Source: Vicugna vicugna
Lineage: Eukaryota
Reading direction: 5' to 3'
Length of the DNA: 64,000 nt
Assembly (NCBI GenBank): GCA_013265495.1
Contig: MU058645.1
Coordinates: 1,034,995-1,098,994, forward strand
Part shown: positions 49,440 to 64,000 of the stretch, piece after piece
How the letters are laid out: each line of letters begins with the position of its first letter
Position numbering within the stretch: the stretch's first letter is position 1
Program-made: the position numbers and the translations under genes
The notes under the pieces: generated by a model
Told to the model about the DNA's origin: nothing
Databases searched by the model: none
The model's input: only the letters and a program-made list of their open reading frames with translations

Positions 49440-51650
49440 GGACTTCTGCATTCCACCAAGACAAAGTAACTTGAACGAGATTCACTCTCACACCTGAAAC
49501 AACCAAAAAATAGCCCAAACACAAGAAACAACAGCCCTCAAGCCCCTGGACCTCAGGTGATAGGACAGTGAGGCTAAGGGATGGGAAATCAACGTGGTAA
49601 GCCCCACTGCTGCCCTGGCTCCCTGCCTTGAGAATCTCTAGGCCGCAGCCTTGGGGAGGGGACCAGACTGCCTCTCTGGGTTGAGAAAAGACTAAGCTTA
49701 GTGTCCAAGGAGACCAAAGCAGTTAGAGTTTACCAAAAAGAGTACTGGAAAGAGCTGCACAAAAGAGAACTCTGGAGACACGCACAAAGTCGACTCCATT
49801 ATTCACCTAAACACTGATCAGTGCATATGTGACTGGAAACACCAGAGATCAGAGAAAGAACCAGCCAAAGGATTCAAGGTAAAAGTGTGGGGCTCTCACA
49901 CAGAGTCAGACCAGAAGACACTGGGTCAAGTACACAAGGTCTTGCCTCAGTAGTGGGAAATAATTAAACCTAGTCTGAGCATTGTTTCGGTATGGCCTAA
50001 ATAATTTAAGAACAAGACCTAAAAAGATCAAACTGTTTCCAACTTAACTATGTCCCAGAATGAAACCCAAGAATAACTATAGGAATATCAAGTATCCACC
50101 CAACAAGGTAAAACTCACACAGTCTAGCATCTGATCAGGAAAATAAAATATAAGAAGAAAAATCAATCAAACCAACCTAGAACTGGCACAGATGTTATAA
50201 TTAGTAGACAAAGACACTAAAAGCATGTGTCCATATGTGTGTGTGACATGAATGCATACAGATACTAACACAAGGACAACTTAAGGACATTTATAATCCT
50301 AAATATTTTAGAAAGGCCTAAGAATGAAAAACTAAAATCCTAAGTGACCTGCCACAGAAATTTTTATACACAGGGAAGGCAAAAGCCAGAGGATTTAAAA
50401 ACAAAAGAGATATTAGCATGACAGGAACAAAGAATAAAGTTGCAATATAATTTGAATTATGCTTTATTGAAGAAATACATTTTTGAGCTGTAAAACACCT
50501 TGGCAAATGTATACACCTAATAAATCCATCAACTTAAGTGCCAGTTAAAAATACAAAAATTAAAAAAAAACTTACACTTGTCCTAACGTTTGCTTTAAAA
50601 CAGTTTTGCTTATGGTTTTAAGAACTTTTGAAAGAACAAAAACTTACAAAGATGGTGAAACTAATGTGATCGTGTACTTTTACTCTTTCCTAAAATTCTT
50701 CCACAACACTGTAGAGTTTAAAATGTACAAACTAACTCATAAAGGAAGAAAATGGAAAAGGAAACAACTTAGAAACTAGAAAGCAGATGGCTAAGTAGTC
50801 AGGGACTCAGCTGACCCCAGGCAAGAAGAAACCAGTTTATAACAGAGAGCCTCCACGAAGGCCAAGGAGCTATCTGGCAGCAGAGGAAGTAAGTTAAGGG
50901 TAGGGGAACTGGAAGACTGGCTACATTCTCACTAAGGAACAGCTGCATCTCCACATCTGTCCCCAAACAGCTGACTCCAGCACTCCCTAATTTCTAACAA
51001 AGGACTAGAAATCTATTCCTAAAGAGTTTTACTTGCTAGGACTGTGTTTTGAGCGGCAGCTGACGGGACCATTTATACACTGAAGACTGAGCCTTTTCCC
51101 TCTGTCTACACCCAGAATGAGGACAGCCAGCCCACACACTACGGGCAAGAGATTATAAGAGCTTTCTCTGGGGAGTCTGACCAGCCCAACAACAGAAAAC
51201 AACCTGATGGAAGTTAACACTGAGTAGGGAGAAGAAAAACTCAAAAATCCTCAGAGAGTTAGGAGAGAGTTAAGAGAAGATACTGCATCCTTGAAACAAG
51301 TAAAAACTGCTTATTAATAAAAGAATTCAAAACATAAAATGAACTCTTGAAACTTAACTATGCTGCTAGAAACAAAAAACCTGATACAGGGATTTGAAGG
51401 TAAAAATTGGAGGAATTCTCCCTCCAAGTAGTAGGAAAGACAGAGGCGGAAAATGATGGAGAAGGTATTAAAAACTAGACAACTAGTCCAAGAGGTCCAG
51501 AAACTCAATGACAGATGTCTCACTCAGAAAAAAGAAAAAGCAGAAGGGAGAAAAATCATCGACATAATATATACTTTTAAAACAAAACTAAAGAATAAGA
51601 GCTTCCAAAGCGCCTAGTGAGTTCTTGCCACAATGAAAAGGTGAGATGAA
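49440..51650 (+). mobile_element. Old L1M 5'UTR/ORF1 remnants (at least two pieces)
   Basis: gacttctgcattccaccaagac...cacctgaaacaacc start; later A-rich ORF1-like stretch (gaagatactgcatccttgaaacaag). Confidence 0.55.
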
Positions 51651-53879
51651 AACAACAACAACAAAAAAAATCAAGCAGTGGCAAGGTAAGCACAAATGTA
51701 GCAACAGAGAATAAATACTAGAAGAATCTCTTAACAAAAAGGAAGTGACTGTGGGTGGTGGTGGTTGTTAGACAGCAGAGAAGAGGATGTTTTCTATACC
51801 AGGCTTTACAGAATGACATATTTTTTAATCTATGAGCATATTAAACTTCATTTTAAAAAAGGTTTTAAGATCATTCCATCCAGAAGCCACATTTACAAAA
51901 TTGTAGTCCGCTCTAACTCAGGAAAAGCTACGGTTAAATAAATTCCTTCAACAATGAGTTTTGAGCACAGTAATTATTCAATACAAATAAAATTTCTCCC
52001 TGTACTCTCTGTTTCTTACACAGTAATAAGGGCAATCTGGAATTGGCAAACGCTACTGAGAAGTCAATTCATATCCATAAAGGTTCTCTTTCAGCCATAA
52101 ACAAGAAAGAGTAACATTATAGGGTGCCTACTTCTATATCCCAAAATACCTGCAGAAAGAATCTACTCCCCAAATTTCTCACTTAATAAATAATTTGGAA
52201 CAAAGAAAAGGTTTAAATGAAGCAGAGAAGAGCAATGATAAAACAGAGTGATGGTAATATGGAGTAATACCATATTTGCTGTATCTGTATCTTTCAGAAA
52301 CAGTGGTTGATAACACATTAGCGTCTTTTTACAGTTACATTTCAAATAGTATTTCAGGAATAGACAGCTGAGAAACTGATGTGGAAAAACAGCTCATTTT
52401 TACAAATTATTATAATTTCTGTTTTATAGTCACCCAACGCAATGTCATTTCATTTATGTGCCACCAAATCTTCAGCAATACACAAGAATGTGGTTATCTG
52501 CATCCACGTGTTCCCAAATTTACATTTCCAGCACAGTCCTTCCTGCTTATTTCTAGACCTCCAAATGCAACTGCCAACTTGACATGTATATGTCAGTGTC
52601 CCCAAAGCACTCTCAACCCCCCCACGTCCAAACTTATCTCCTTTCTCAAACGTGTCCATAATTATGTCTCAGCTATTATTGATCCTGAATGAGTTTCCTG
52701 AGTAAATGTGGATTTTTAAAACTTTAGGGCAAGGACCACCGGTTTTACAGAAAATCTCTGAAATGCAATTATAAGCTTCCTCGTGCCTTGACAGAGGCTG
52801 CTGTAAGTTCACACATGCACTTTAACCCACGCTAATTCCAGGTGCCATTTCTTGCTTATATTCACTCCATATTGTAAATAAATTGGTCTATTCACAAACA
52901 TGGATACTGATACCCACAAGTTTATGCAATTTATCACCTATGTCCAGAATGCTTTAATATTTACTTTTATTTATCTTTTGCTTTAAGTATCCTTCTGTAA
53001 TTTACTATCTGTGCATTGTCTTAATCTAGCTATCAGGTTAACTGAATTGAACAACAGAGCTTTTTATTACTGGGAAGTATCACTAAAATCAAATATCAAA
53101 TCATACACTGATGTACCACAGCTGTCCCCACAGTCCTCTGCTGTCTTCATTACTACTGTCTCTCCTTATATAAGCCTCCAGATAAGTTTCCCTTGATCAT
53201 TTATCACTGTTTCTGGGCCTGCTTCTTTTTGACCCCCATTTAAGTTACATTTGAAAATCTTTACCCCTGTCTTTTATTCTTGCCCTCTTATTTCTCTTTC
53301 AGTCAATGATCTCAGATTTTCTAGGATGACGCTCATGAAGTCTAATTTTCGTACCCCACAAAAGCCAGTGCGTCCCCTTTACTCTATCACCTCAATACTG
53401 CCTTGTTTCAATGTATCAGAAGAATGGAGTAACACAAAGGTCAATCTTTCTAGAACTGTAAGACTAAAGTTAATAAAACAAAGCACAATGACAGCAAAGA
53501 CAAATTATATATAAATAATTGCTCTGTATACATAAAAATAAGTTCCAAGCTCAAAACTGCTGATCTTGGCTTTTTTAATTTAAGGGAGGAAGAAATGACA
53601 AAGAGAGCATTCAAGGAAATGCAATATAGCTTTATTTATATAGTAAAGTTCAGTAGCATATAATACAACTCTATAATATCATTCATACCTGATTCTGAAG
53701 CAGAAGACAAATTACCAATAATACTTTATTATGGTTTATATTCTTGACAAATGTACTATAGAGAAATAACAAATTCCAATTAGCTCTTAGTCTCTCAGGT
53801 GATGGATGATAAATTCAGAAATGAAAATGGTGATGTTAACAACAGCACCTAAGCTTTTATTAAACACTTAAAGCTTGCC

Positions 53880-54050
53880 GTGTACCGTGCTAAGCAATAC
53901 AAATACATCACCTCGTTCAAGCTTCCTAACAGCCATGCGACTCTGTACCATTATTCTTAACCAGCATGGAAATGAGGAGGTTAAAGCAGACACAGCTGCC
54001 CAGGCAGGTCTACCAGGCAGCAAGTTAGAGCCTGTACTCTCGACAACTAA
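53880..54050. mobile_element. MIR fragment
   Basis: gtgctaagc...ccattatt...aatgaggaggttaaagcagaca...gcccag. Confidence 0.5.
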
Positions 54051-57000
54051 TTCCCCAGCACATGACGTCACCTACACAAGAGCCTTAAAATTAGGTAAAT
54101 TTTCTTAAAATAGTATCATAAATCAGTGAAAGAGTCAGAAACACAACACTGAAGTCTTGAATCTTCAGAATTTTTCTACTTTACCATTATACCTTAAATT
54201 TTTTTTTATTTTTTGCATGGAACTTTAGGCATATATTGTTCCCACAGAATTTTAGAGCTGGTAGGGACTTTGGATGCACATAAAGAAACCGATTAATTAC
54301 GACTATTTGGTACATTTGTTTTTGATTTTTCCCCCCTAATTCTAACTCAAGTGCTCTTTCTTCATCAATAAAATCCTAATTAAGTCACACGAAGAACAGT
54401 ATCAACAGCTAGCAGAGGAAGCACCTGGTAAAAATGATTTCTTACACATAAGCCCAACATTATTATGAAGTTAGGGCTAATTAAAATCATTGTCCTGAAA
54501 TATATTCTAACCACTACTTTTTAATAAAGCACTATCCATTTCATTTGCTGTATATAGTGATGTAAAAATATTAACTAAAAAAAATTTCCAAAACTTGCAA
54601 AACTGTTTTTGTTTCTGATTAAAAACAAAAAAACTTCAACAAGTCACCGACCTCTGAGGTTTAAAATTATGCTCTAATTACAGTATCTATTTGAACAACA
54701 AAGTAATTCTATAACATGAAGCAACAGAACACACCGATTGCCCCAATCCCTGCTGATAGATTCTTTTAATTATACATTTGAAGTCAGGCAAAAGAGCACA
54801 AGACTTCTCCCCCTACTGTGCTCTTTATGTGAAAGTTCACGTGCCAAAACCTTCTAGAAAGGAATTCTAAAGTGCTATATATTTAAGCAAACCAAGGTTC
54901 CAATAACACACCTATGAATCCATACATTTTAAGCCAAGTAATAAAGCCTAACATGTAAGTTCTTCCAGTTGTACGTAGAATCTTAGTTTAGGCAACATTC
55001 ATTAAGAAATAGGACATAAAGTAGATAACACATAATTTAACTGCTCATTGACTGAATCTAGTCATAATGTTGACTTCAAAAAAATTTTACCTTGAGCTTG
55101 AGTCCAGTAACAATCATGTTTTCAAAGCAAGTTATTTTCTAATAATATATATAGATTAGAATACTTTTATATTCAGTTTGCTTGAAATCATCGTCAACTA
55201 GGAATGTCTTTATAGGCAGCAGGCATTCAAGAAATGCTTATTAAATTTAGCATAATGAAAATTTGTTAAATTCAAAGAAGTTTTATGGCTTTACGTCAAA
55301 TATTTTCCAAGTCAAAAAACAAAAGGACAATTCTCAATACCTTTTCTTCATAAGAAACATCTAGCTCTTACAAATACAACACTAAAAGACTGCCACATAA
55401 GTCCTCATTTCAATTCTCATAAATTAATTCCACTAACTTAATTGCAATTACTGTGTGTCAAAACTAAACTTATGTATCAATCACCAGTTATGGCCAAGTA
55501 GTACTGGTCTGTCCCAATCATGACCAAAATCAGTAAACTTTCACTAGATCGGAGCGCTGCTTACAGTACGCAAAAGCAACTTTGGACATGACTATTTGGG
55601 AAGCTAAATATGATCCTGATGATGTTACAGTTAAGGCCAGAGGTTGAACTAAATATACGCAAAGTTTCCCATGAAAGGAGAAGAATGATCAAGTGATTTC
55701 TAATTTTATTTCTCAGAAAGTTTAAAGATCAATGGCTGGTAAAAGTCTAATTAAAATAGAGATTGAGAATATAAATAAAGAACTGGCGGGAAATTTTTTT
55801 GGAAATGGGGCTGTTTCCTTTGCTAACAATCACTCATATAGAAGTAGTTTCTGCCCATGGAAGCATGAAGTGCTTTCTCACAGCATTAACAGAAACCTTT
55901 CACTGCCCATTATGTAAAGCTTTGTACAGGATCTAGCAGATATAAAAAAAGATTATTAAAGGCATAGAAAAACAATCATCTGTTTTAAAATGTGATGTTT
56001 AAAAATATTACATTGAAATATATACTTGTTGACAGTACAAGGAAAGAAGATTAAAAAAAAGGCTAACATTTCCACTCATATTCATTTTCTTTCTCAAATC
56101 ATCAAAACTTCAATTTCAAAAACCATCTCAATGAAAAATTTTCCAGGTCCTCTGAGATGGAATGTTTCCTATATCCCCATTCTATTATTTTTTTGACATA
56201 AATCTGATGTATATTACTATCTAAAAAGCTCCAAGAAGTCTGCAATCAGGCTCAATTTCTCTCTCTTATTACTGCCCACAATTAAGGGCCCCGTAACTAC
56301 TCAATGTGTACCCCAGCGCAGCGTAAGGTACAAAAATAAAGTCACAGCTAATACTGTTAACAAAAAATAGCCTACATAGGGCTTTACACTCAGCATTTTA
56401 TATGCATAAAGTTAATCCTTTTTAAACCTTAGAAGTAGGTATTATTGTAACACTTATTTCTCATTTGAAAATGAGACAAATTAATGGGCAGAAACCTGAC
56501 TTATCCAATGTCACTCTGCTAAACTGACTTCATATTATAGACTTCTGCCTTTATTTAGACTTTACAAGAAGACAAGAAAGGTTCAATGTAATATTTAAAA
56601 AACAAAAAGCCCAAAAGATTACAATTATTTCACTCAAAACTAGAATGAGAAACAAGGTAATTGTTTTGACAAATCCACCTATAGGGTAACTTGCTGTCTC
56701 AAGCAAAGAGCATCACCAGGTCTGCGTATGACAGTTCAAAGGAAACAGTAAGAGAGCAGCAGCACACGGCTGACTGTTAACAAAGCTGCTTTTTTACTGA
56801 TGGAATTTATTCAGAAAGTAAATTCTACCAGACATTCAAAACAAAGAACAATATTTTTAGAGTATTAGTTTAACAATAGTTTAAAAATATTACTTTAAAA
56901 TGTTTTTAACAGTCATTTGATAATATGCTAAGGAATTTGTGATACTACACTTACTAATCACTTACTAGCTTAATCTCAGGCAAAATATCTGAACCTCAGT

Positions 57001-60000
57001 GTCCTCATCTGTAAAACAGAGGTAAGTGGTAAATGTGCTCTACCTGTACACCACGGAGAAGAGCAGCTAGAGCAGCTATCATCTCACAACTGATGTTACC
57101 ATGGATTAAACAGGCTGCTATCTAAAAATCAGTGACAGATGCTTAAAGGAAATGACATAAGTAGGAATATAGAGAAGGGATGATTGAACAATAGCAAATA
57201 AAACATGACAAGAAGTTATAATTAAGAAAAAAACTGGAAAGTATTTTGGGGATAAAAAGTACTAGCATAAGGAAATTTACTTTTTTATTAACTTAGTCAA
57301 TAAAAATATGTTAAACATATTTAATAAAATACAAAATTATTTTAAAATGTAACTTTTAGGAGAAAGAAGTGTAATAAAGATCCACCTGTAATCTCTGGGG
57401 TTGTAGACTGGAGGAGAGCTCAGCTGATCAAAGCATTGAACTGCCTTCCATATAAGGTTTAGATTTGAAACAACACATAGAGGATGACTACAGTTTCCCA
57501 GAAAGAGGAATGAACCATGATTATTCCATGAGTTCTATACAAAACAGACTAAAAAAGTAATAAAAAAAGATTTATAAAATATTAATGAAATTGAAAGGTA
57601 AATTCAAATACTACTTCTTCCATAGTATTTCCCCAACTCACCCCCCCCTTATCAGAATTCATCTCTCCCACTTTGCTTCCTTCCATAGAATTTTATGGCT
57701 TCATAATACCTAATACTGTATTATAGTCTTCTGCATCTAGTACACAGTTATAACCTCCAGAGAACAAAAGAGTTCTTTTTCATTTTTTTAATTACTCACA
57801 ATTTTAAAATGCCTAAGTAAGAGTTTAATATATAACCAGTAGCTCAGTATTTTTCTGTTCTACACTACACAGATCTGGAATGTACTTCTTTTTTTGATAT
57901 TTTCCCCAGTTTCTCTTCAATATTTGTATATCTGTCTTATTTTATATGCGCACATATTCTCTAAATGAAATGATGTTTCTAGTTTCTCAACATACATACA
58001 TACTACCATAATGAACACAATACAAATTCATTTAAAAAAGCATTATTAAATTCTTAACAGGCTTTTCAAAAATCATTATGCATTTTCTTTACTCAACACA
58101 TGCTAAACTATCGTCCAGATATATTAGAAACCATTTCCCCTAACATATCTGGCAAAATGTTTCGCATATATTAAGCACTGCAGAAATATCTGGAATTAAA
58201 TTTTTCTTACCTCCCAAAAGTAGGCAGGGTACATGACATAGTGGGGAAAGAAAACAAACTCGAATGCTAGCCTTATTTCAGCCTTATCTCAATAACCCTG
58301 AGTAACTCCTTCAAATATTCATTTATTTACACGGTATTTACTGAGTTTTTCTACTCCACAGAAGGTACTTTGCTAGTGAACAAGATTTACGACAAGTAAC
58401 TGGACAAACATGCAAGCCCTTGAGGAGCTTACAGGCTAGCAAGGAAGATAGACATGAAATACGTAATAACACAGTAACTATTTAATTGCAACTGAGATGA
58501 GCGCAGACACCAAAGTTTGCTGTGCTATGAAAGTGTATGCTAAGCCTGAGTGAGTTCTAGGTTACATGATAAAATAAATGCCATGAAATTTTAATTCCTT
58601 ATTTGTAAAGGTTACAGGGTTGCAAGGATTAAATGAAAGAAAGGATGTTTGACAGTGACTACCTCATAGTACCTAACCCTACCCTCTTCCTATTCTTAAA
58701 AGATGGCTTTCCAGCTAAGATATTTCCCTTAATTCCACTGCAGGACTTTCTATTACTGTTAACATAACCAACTATGAGGGAAGTCCCAGTTTTTCAACTA
58801 CAAAGCCTAAAAGTCAAAGCTGCAGTTAAAAAAAATCAATTAATTAATAAAAATAAGTTAAATTGACTAAGAATTGATCAACAATTCCTCTCTATTAAAA
58901 GATACAAGTACCCACCCCCAAATAGCTAGAATGTCATCATTCTTTTCTTGGTAGTGACTGTCAACTTTGAAAAGTTTTAGAATTAAGATTACAATGATGA
59001 AAGTAAGTAAAACCCATGGTTAATAGTCTTTGTGTGTCTATCTAAAATATTTGTAACGTTAAAATTATTTGGCATATTTAAGTATCTTAAGATTATTCTT
59101 ATTTCAAGTTAAAAAAAATACAGATAGGGACCCACAACACACCCCAGAAATTATAGTAGGGACATGCTGGAAACATCAGCATTTTAAAAAGCTCTACAAA
59201 CAGTTCTCAAATGCACAGCCAAGTGGTAGCAGGTGTAACTACTGTGAATAACTTACCCGTATATTTCTTGGCTAATAATTTGGCTGACATAATGTCTGAT
59301 GGTGATTAAAAAAAAAAATACTGGATTGCCCAAACAGCTAACTGTGAGCAGAGTTCATTCTTTTCCTAGTATTTCCAAAGTGTTAATATGTATTTCACAT
59401 CTCCATACTTCCCACTTCCCAGTGGATAAAAAGAGGGGATAGTTTTACTTAATCAGAAGAACTCAGTGAATACCAGGTAACCCAGGTTTATATTTCTCCT
59501 GTATTACACTGCCTCTCCATAACCCTAAACCTATAAAAATCCAAGACTTTTCTCGTAATCTTTTATTAAAATTTGTCCAACAAAATATAACTATTAAAAG
59601 TGGTATCTTTACTATAACACTTCAGTATACTTTGATTGGCAAAACTTAACCATAAAAGTGATACAGTTAATGCAGAACATTAATTGTATAATACAATTTT
59701 CCTTTTCTCTTAAAGATTCTGAATTACTTTCATTTCCTGTGGGTACTTCTGAAATATAACTGATTCAGAGTAAGACTATATTCAAAGATGTTAACAAACT
59801 GAAAACATTAAAATTATTTTTCAATGATGTTGATACCATGACTTGAATGGGTTTCAACAGAGTCTGAATATAAGTAAGTATGAACACAATTAACAGTACC
59901 ACTTCAAACATTTGCATCTAACAGATGGTGGTCAAACAAAAGACGGTAATTTTTAGAACAGTCTCATCTTTTTCTCCCCCATTCTATCGAGGTTTTAATA

Positions 60001-60974
60001 GGTAAAAATAGCTATATGAATGCTTTCCTTCATGAATTACAGTTATGCAGCCAACATTTATAATTTCCCTAAAAACTGTTCTAAAAAATTTCTGAACTAT
60101 TTTTGCTAAATAAAACCTGGCCTGTTAAACTTGAAAGACTTTTTATTGCTACTAATTGTCACTTTTTTACATCTTATACATTATCAATGTTACAATAATG
60201 AATGCTCAAGTTAAATGTTAATCATTTTTTGTTATTTTTACAGTGTATCCTAACTATCTAAAAATTCAACTACATCAGCCAAAAAAGGAATAATCTCTCA
60301 TTAGAATAAAAGAAAAAAGGTTCAGAGAATCCATGTTTTGTTTTGTTTTCCTTATCAGAAATCATTTCAAGCATGCTCAAGTTTAGAGACATGGAACTGA
60401 AGTGAAATTCTTAAATTCCTCTCCCTATTATCAACTGACTTTATAGCTGCATAATCAAAAAGACAATATTTGCTTCAAAGTCTTAATAACAACTTTAAGC
60501 ATATGTTTCATCGGTGACCAAGGAAATAGTTTCAGTGACCAAAAAGAGCACATTTACTTGGAGTCTAGTGATTAAAGACAGTAAGATTTGCTTGGACAGA
60601 ACATCCAAGTCCACTTTCAGAATATCCTTGGCTCCACTTTCTAATAATTAAGGAACAGATATAACAGATGCTATTCACCAGCTAACAGAAATATGAATGC
60701 AACAGAAAACATTTTCTCAGGTCTAAAAGGAACATTGTAACAACTATATGAAATAATTGCAATGGTTATGATTAAGCTTACCATTAACAATTACTGTGGT
60801 TAATTTCGAGAACAAGGTTAAATTTAAATAATATTAATATAAACATTATAATTACAGAAAACATCTTTTTGAAAATGATCAAAGACATCTAAAGATCAAC
60901 TGTCTATATTCTAAAACAATAAATATAAAGTATACTAAAGATAATCCTTTAATATTTAGTAACCCCAAATGATA

Positions 60975-61090
60975 GATGTCATCAACGCTACTTTACAAAT
61001 GAGGAGACTCAGACAGAGAAAGTAACTTGTCTTAAGGCCTTGACCAGGAAGTGGAAGACCCAGAACTTGAGCGCAAATATGACTCTTTCT
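60975..61090. mobile_element. MIR fragment
   Basis: tttacaaatgaggagactcagacagagaaagtaacttgtcttaagg. Confidence 0.65.
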
Positions 61091-62839
61091 CTCCTGTCCT
61101 CTCTCCACTGTGCCGTCCGGAAGCATCATCACTGAACCCATACTCTTCTCAGGTCCACGTGGAATCTGACATTTTCTCTGAGGCCCCCTTTTGGTCAAGC
61201 TGTCTCAGGAGCTCTTTCACCCTGAACTTTCCCAGAAGCCTTAGTCACCTGATCCTTATAAATGACACACTATGATAAGGCAACTCCACATTATCTATGT
61301 ACCTCATCTTTTAATTTCTACTATGGGTTACGATTTTACTTAAGATTAGGATTTCTGCCTGACATTTCTTAGAATATTCTTCACACATAGATGTTTATTT
61401 AATGAAATAAAAAGAATCTGGTGGGAAATGGGAGAGAAAATGACATGTTCAGTAAACACCAACTCTGACAATGCCAGGGCTCAGCTCTCTTAAGTTTATC
61501 TACACAGCAGAACATGTACCAATAGGTCCTCTTGGTGAACAGGAAGTCCGATGACTACTTTCATCCTACTCAAAAAAGTAAGAATAGATACTAAACGGAT
61601 AAATAAATTCAGAAAGCCATAAAAAATGAAGCCTCTGTGAACACCTACTGCATGTGGAAGAGTTAGAAATGGCTCAGTTACTGTGGCCTTCCCAGGCTTA
61701 CCTCATCAGGTTTTCTTATTAAAATGCAAAACTGGCATTCCACGGGGGAAAAAAATGAATTTATAAATTGAATTAAATCAATTTTCTTTGAAAAACAGGT
61801 TCCCCCCACAAGTTGTTCCATACTACAAGAACAAGTGATTTTATTTTCAGCAGTTAATAGGAACTATTACACAATAAATAGAACTTTAATCCTCAAAGCC
61901 TGCAGTTCATAAAATACAATTTATCTACATGTACAAATTTAACCTTAGTATTAACAGTTAACCATATCTAAGTTTATATCCCTTGCTTATAAATGAAACA
62001 TCCTTTAATACCAACAATAATAAAGGACTCTCCCCGAATAAAGTATATAACACTCTCTTTCGTAACACATTCTAAAAGTTTGTAACTGTTTTGAAAAATA
62101 TATCCAGGAAACCTACAGACTTTATATAAGTCTATAGCTCTCCTCAGCTATGCTCACTACTGGAACAAAACTAATAATACATGACAAATGAAAAAATATT
62201 TCTATTTAAAACATATCATTTTCCAACTTGTTTATCAGAGCTCCTTCTAATTAGAATCTATACTTGTCCATTTTGCCTATAAAAGGGTAGGTACTGTATA
62301 TTGTGACTGTATCTTCAGCACTTAGTATACAGCCTACCCGCTGTACCAAAAAAAACCCCTTAAAGTCAGCTAAGGAATCAAAAAATGAATTTATTAATTT
62401 TCAGTTGATGTGACCTGTTTTCCTGGGAAACAGGACTCACCTATAGCCAGCTTCTATAGTTCCTAGTCAATGTAAGATAAGAATCAGACATCTCTCTAGA
62501 TTACTTGAATTCTACAAAAACTAGAATCTTGCTTAGATAAAAACTTTCTGAGTTACTACTTTCCTTCACATTAAATGTTAAATGGAGTTTGCACACTGAA
62601 CATATAAAATCGATGCCAGGGAGGGAAAAAAGAACAAGTAGAACAGGGGCAGGTAAACCTATCTATTAAGTATAAACTAAATACAGGCCAAAAATGGACC
62701 AGGTGACTAAGCCACCTAGAAATACCGATATATCTTGTATCTATCTTCTAACAATACCTAAATTAGTATCCCTTGATCATCTATGAAACTTTACTAATCA
62801 ATTACCAAAGTAAAGGCAGCTACTATATAAGAGAAGTTA

Positions 62840-63345
62840 GTTATCTGGGTGTGTCAACTCAGCTAGGCTGACCTACAGTTGCCAGAGTTCCATTCTCATG
62901 TGTTTCCAGTTAGGGTGAGCAATAAGGTGTATTCCTCTCCAAGAGCTTGGAGGACAAAAAGGAGGTAGTGGCCATTCTGTGGCATATATACACCTTCCAG
63001 CTATTCAACCAAACACTAATCTAGTGCTGCTGTAAGAATTTTATATATGTAATTAAAGTCACTAACCAGTTGACTCTACTTAAAAGGGAGATTATCCTGG
63101 GTGGGCACAAGTTACTCAGTTGGAAACTTTTAATAGAGGGATTAGGCCTTTCTTAAAAAAAACAAAACTCAAGATGCTCCAAACACTAAATGGGCCTCCA
63201 ACTGCTCTCCCTTGCCCTGCATCTTCCTTCATGCCTGCCTGTTCAGGACCCTTAGACCAGCAGCCAGCACAAGTGCATAAGCCAACTCCTCACACTAAAT
63301 CCATGTGTGTGTCCCGCTGCTTCTTTGGTTAAACCCTGATTTACA
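62840..63345 (+). mobile_element. MLT2-type solo LTR
   Basis: gtgtcaactcagctaggct ... aaacactaatctagtgctgctgt ... cagttgact...aagggagattatcct...ggtgggc ... aaccctgatttaca. Confidence 0.8.
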
Positions 63346-64000
63346 CTCTTTTCATTAAAGTTTCACCTTCATAAAAATTACACAATAAAATTTAAAGTAC
63401 CTCATTAAGCCACCAAAGTCATAATTGTGGCATGAATGCGAAGAGGCTATCCTTTGGTCAACCTGTGTTTCACAGTCATCATAGTATGTTTGAAGATTAT
63501 TTTTAGGCTGAAAAACTTAAAATCTATCCCAGAATTTGGACCAAACCCACACTGTTAAGAAATAACTATTTTTGGTGTGAAAAAATAATTTCTTTACTAA
63601 ACGTGTTCGATTGATCCTTATTCAATAAATATGATGGAAAGTAGTTAAGATAGAGAAAATGAAGACTTCTTGAAATAAGTCATCAAGGCATTACAAACAT
63701 ATGAAAAGGCCATAAAGCCCCCAAGTTTAACAAGATATAACAAATCATTTAAGATGAGTTTTTAGAAATTCTCCACTTTACCTAAAAAAGACCTTCGTAT
63801 TACTGAGTTGTAAGCAACAGACACAGAGTAGAATGCATGTGTACTGTGTGGATGCATATGTACTTTTAAGTTTCTACAAACAGCCTACACTCTTATGGGA
63901 AGACATAACTCAAAGAAAGACACTCATCTCATTTTTACTTTAAAATCCTAAAATAAAACTGCACTTAGTTTATTGCTCTTTAATCATGAGAGGATAGTCT

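Larger units (their letters stand above)
6115..64000 (-). other. QKI: QKI gene, partial (intron 3 to QKI-5 3'UTR; exons 1-3 lie beyond the window end; 3' end approximate)
   Basis: Seven coding segments with GT/AG boundaries splice in frame to the recognisable QKI KH-end/QUA2/Pro-Tyr-rich region and the known QKI-5, -6 and -7 tails. Confidence 0.98.

Noticed and set aside
1..64000. Prokaryote-type systems (CRISPR, operons), tRNA/rRNA/snoRNA genes
   Set aside because: The DNA is a mammalian intron-rich locus; no repeat-spacer array or recognisable structured RNA gene was seen by eye.

Overview
Mammalian genomic DNA: AT-rich, with L1/L2/MIR/DNA-transposon relics. The L1 tails look cetartiodactyl-like, possibly camelid (inference). 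The window holds the 3' part of QKI (Quaking, STAR/KH RNA-binding protein) on the minus strand. It includes part of intron 3, exon 4 (47171-47314), a ~29 kb intron 4, exons 5 and 6, all alternative C-terminal exits (QKI-7b read-through, QKI-7, QKI-6, QKI-5 exons 7 and 8) and two long 3'UTRs. Exon numbers follow human QKI from memory. Splice sites, frames and stops were read directly and are intact. The most striking unexplained signals are three. (1) A 52-bp chain of 6-7 nuclear-receptor half-sites (DR5-DR2-DR1-DR2-DR1) over the QKI-5 stop codon. (2) QKI's own binding motif (NACUAAY +/- UAAY) on three candidate branch points, the QKI-5 stop codon and the predicted QKI-5 cleavage site. (3) An intronic-polyA versus splicing switch with a predicted NMD by-product and an extra C-terminus. 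All motif calls were made by eye and need conservation, CLIP or ChIP tests. ACUAAY alone is expected roughly once per kb in DNA of this composition, so position, not count, is the argument.
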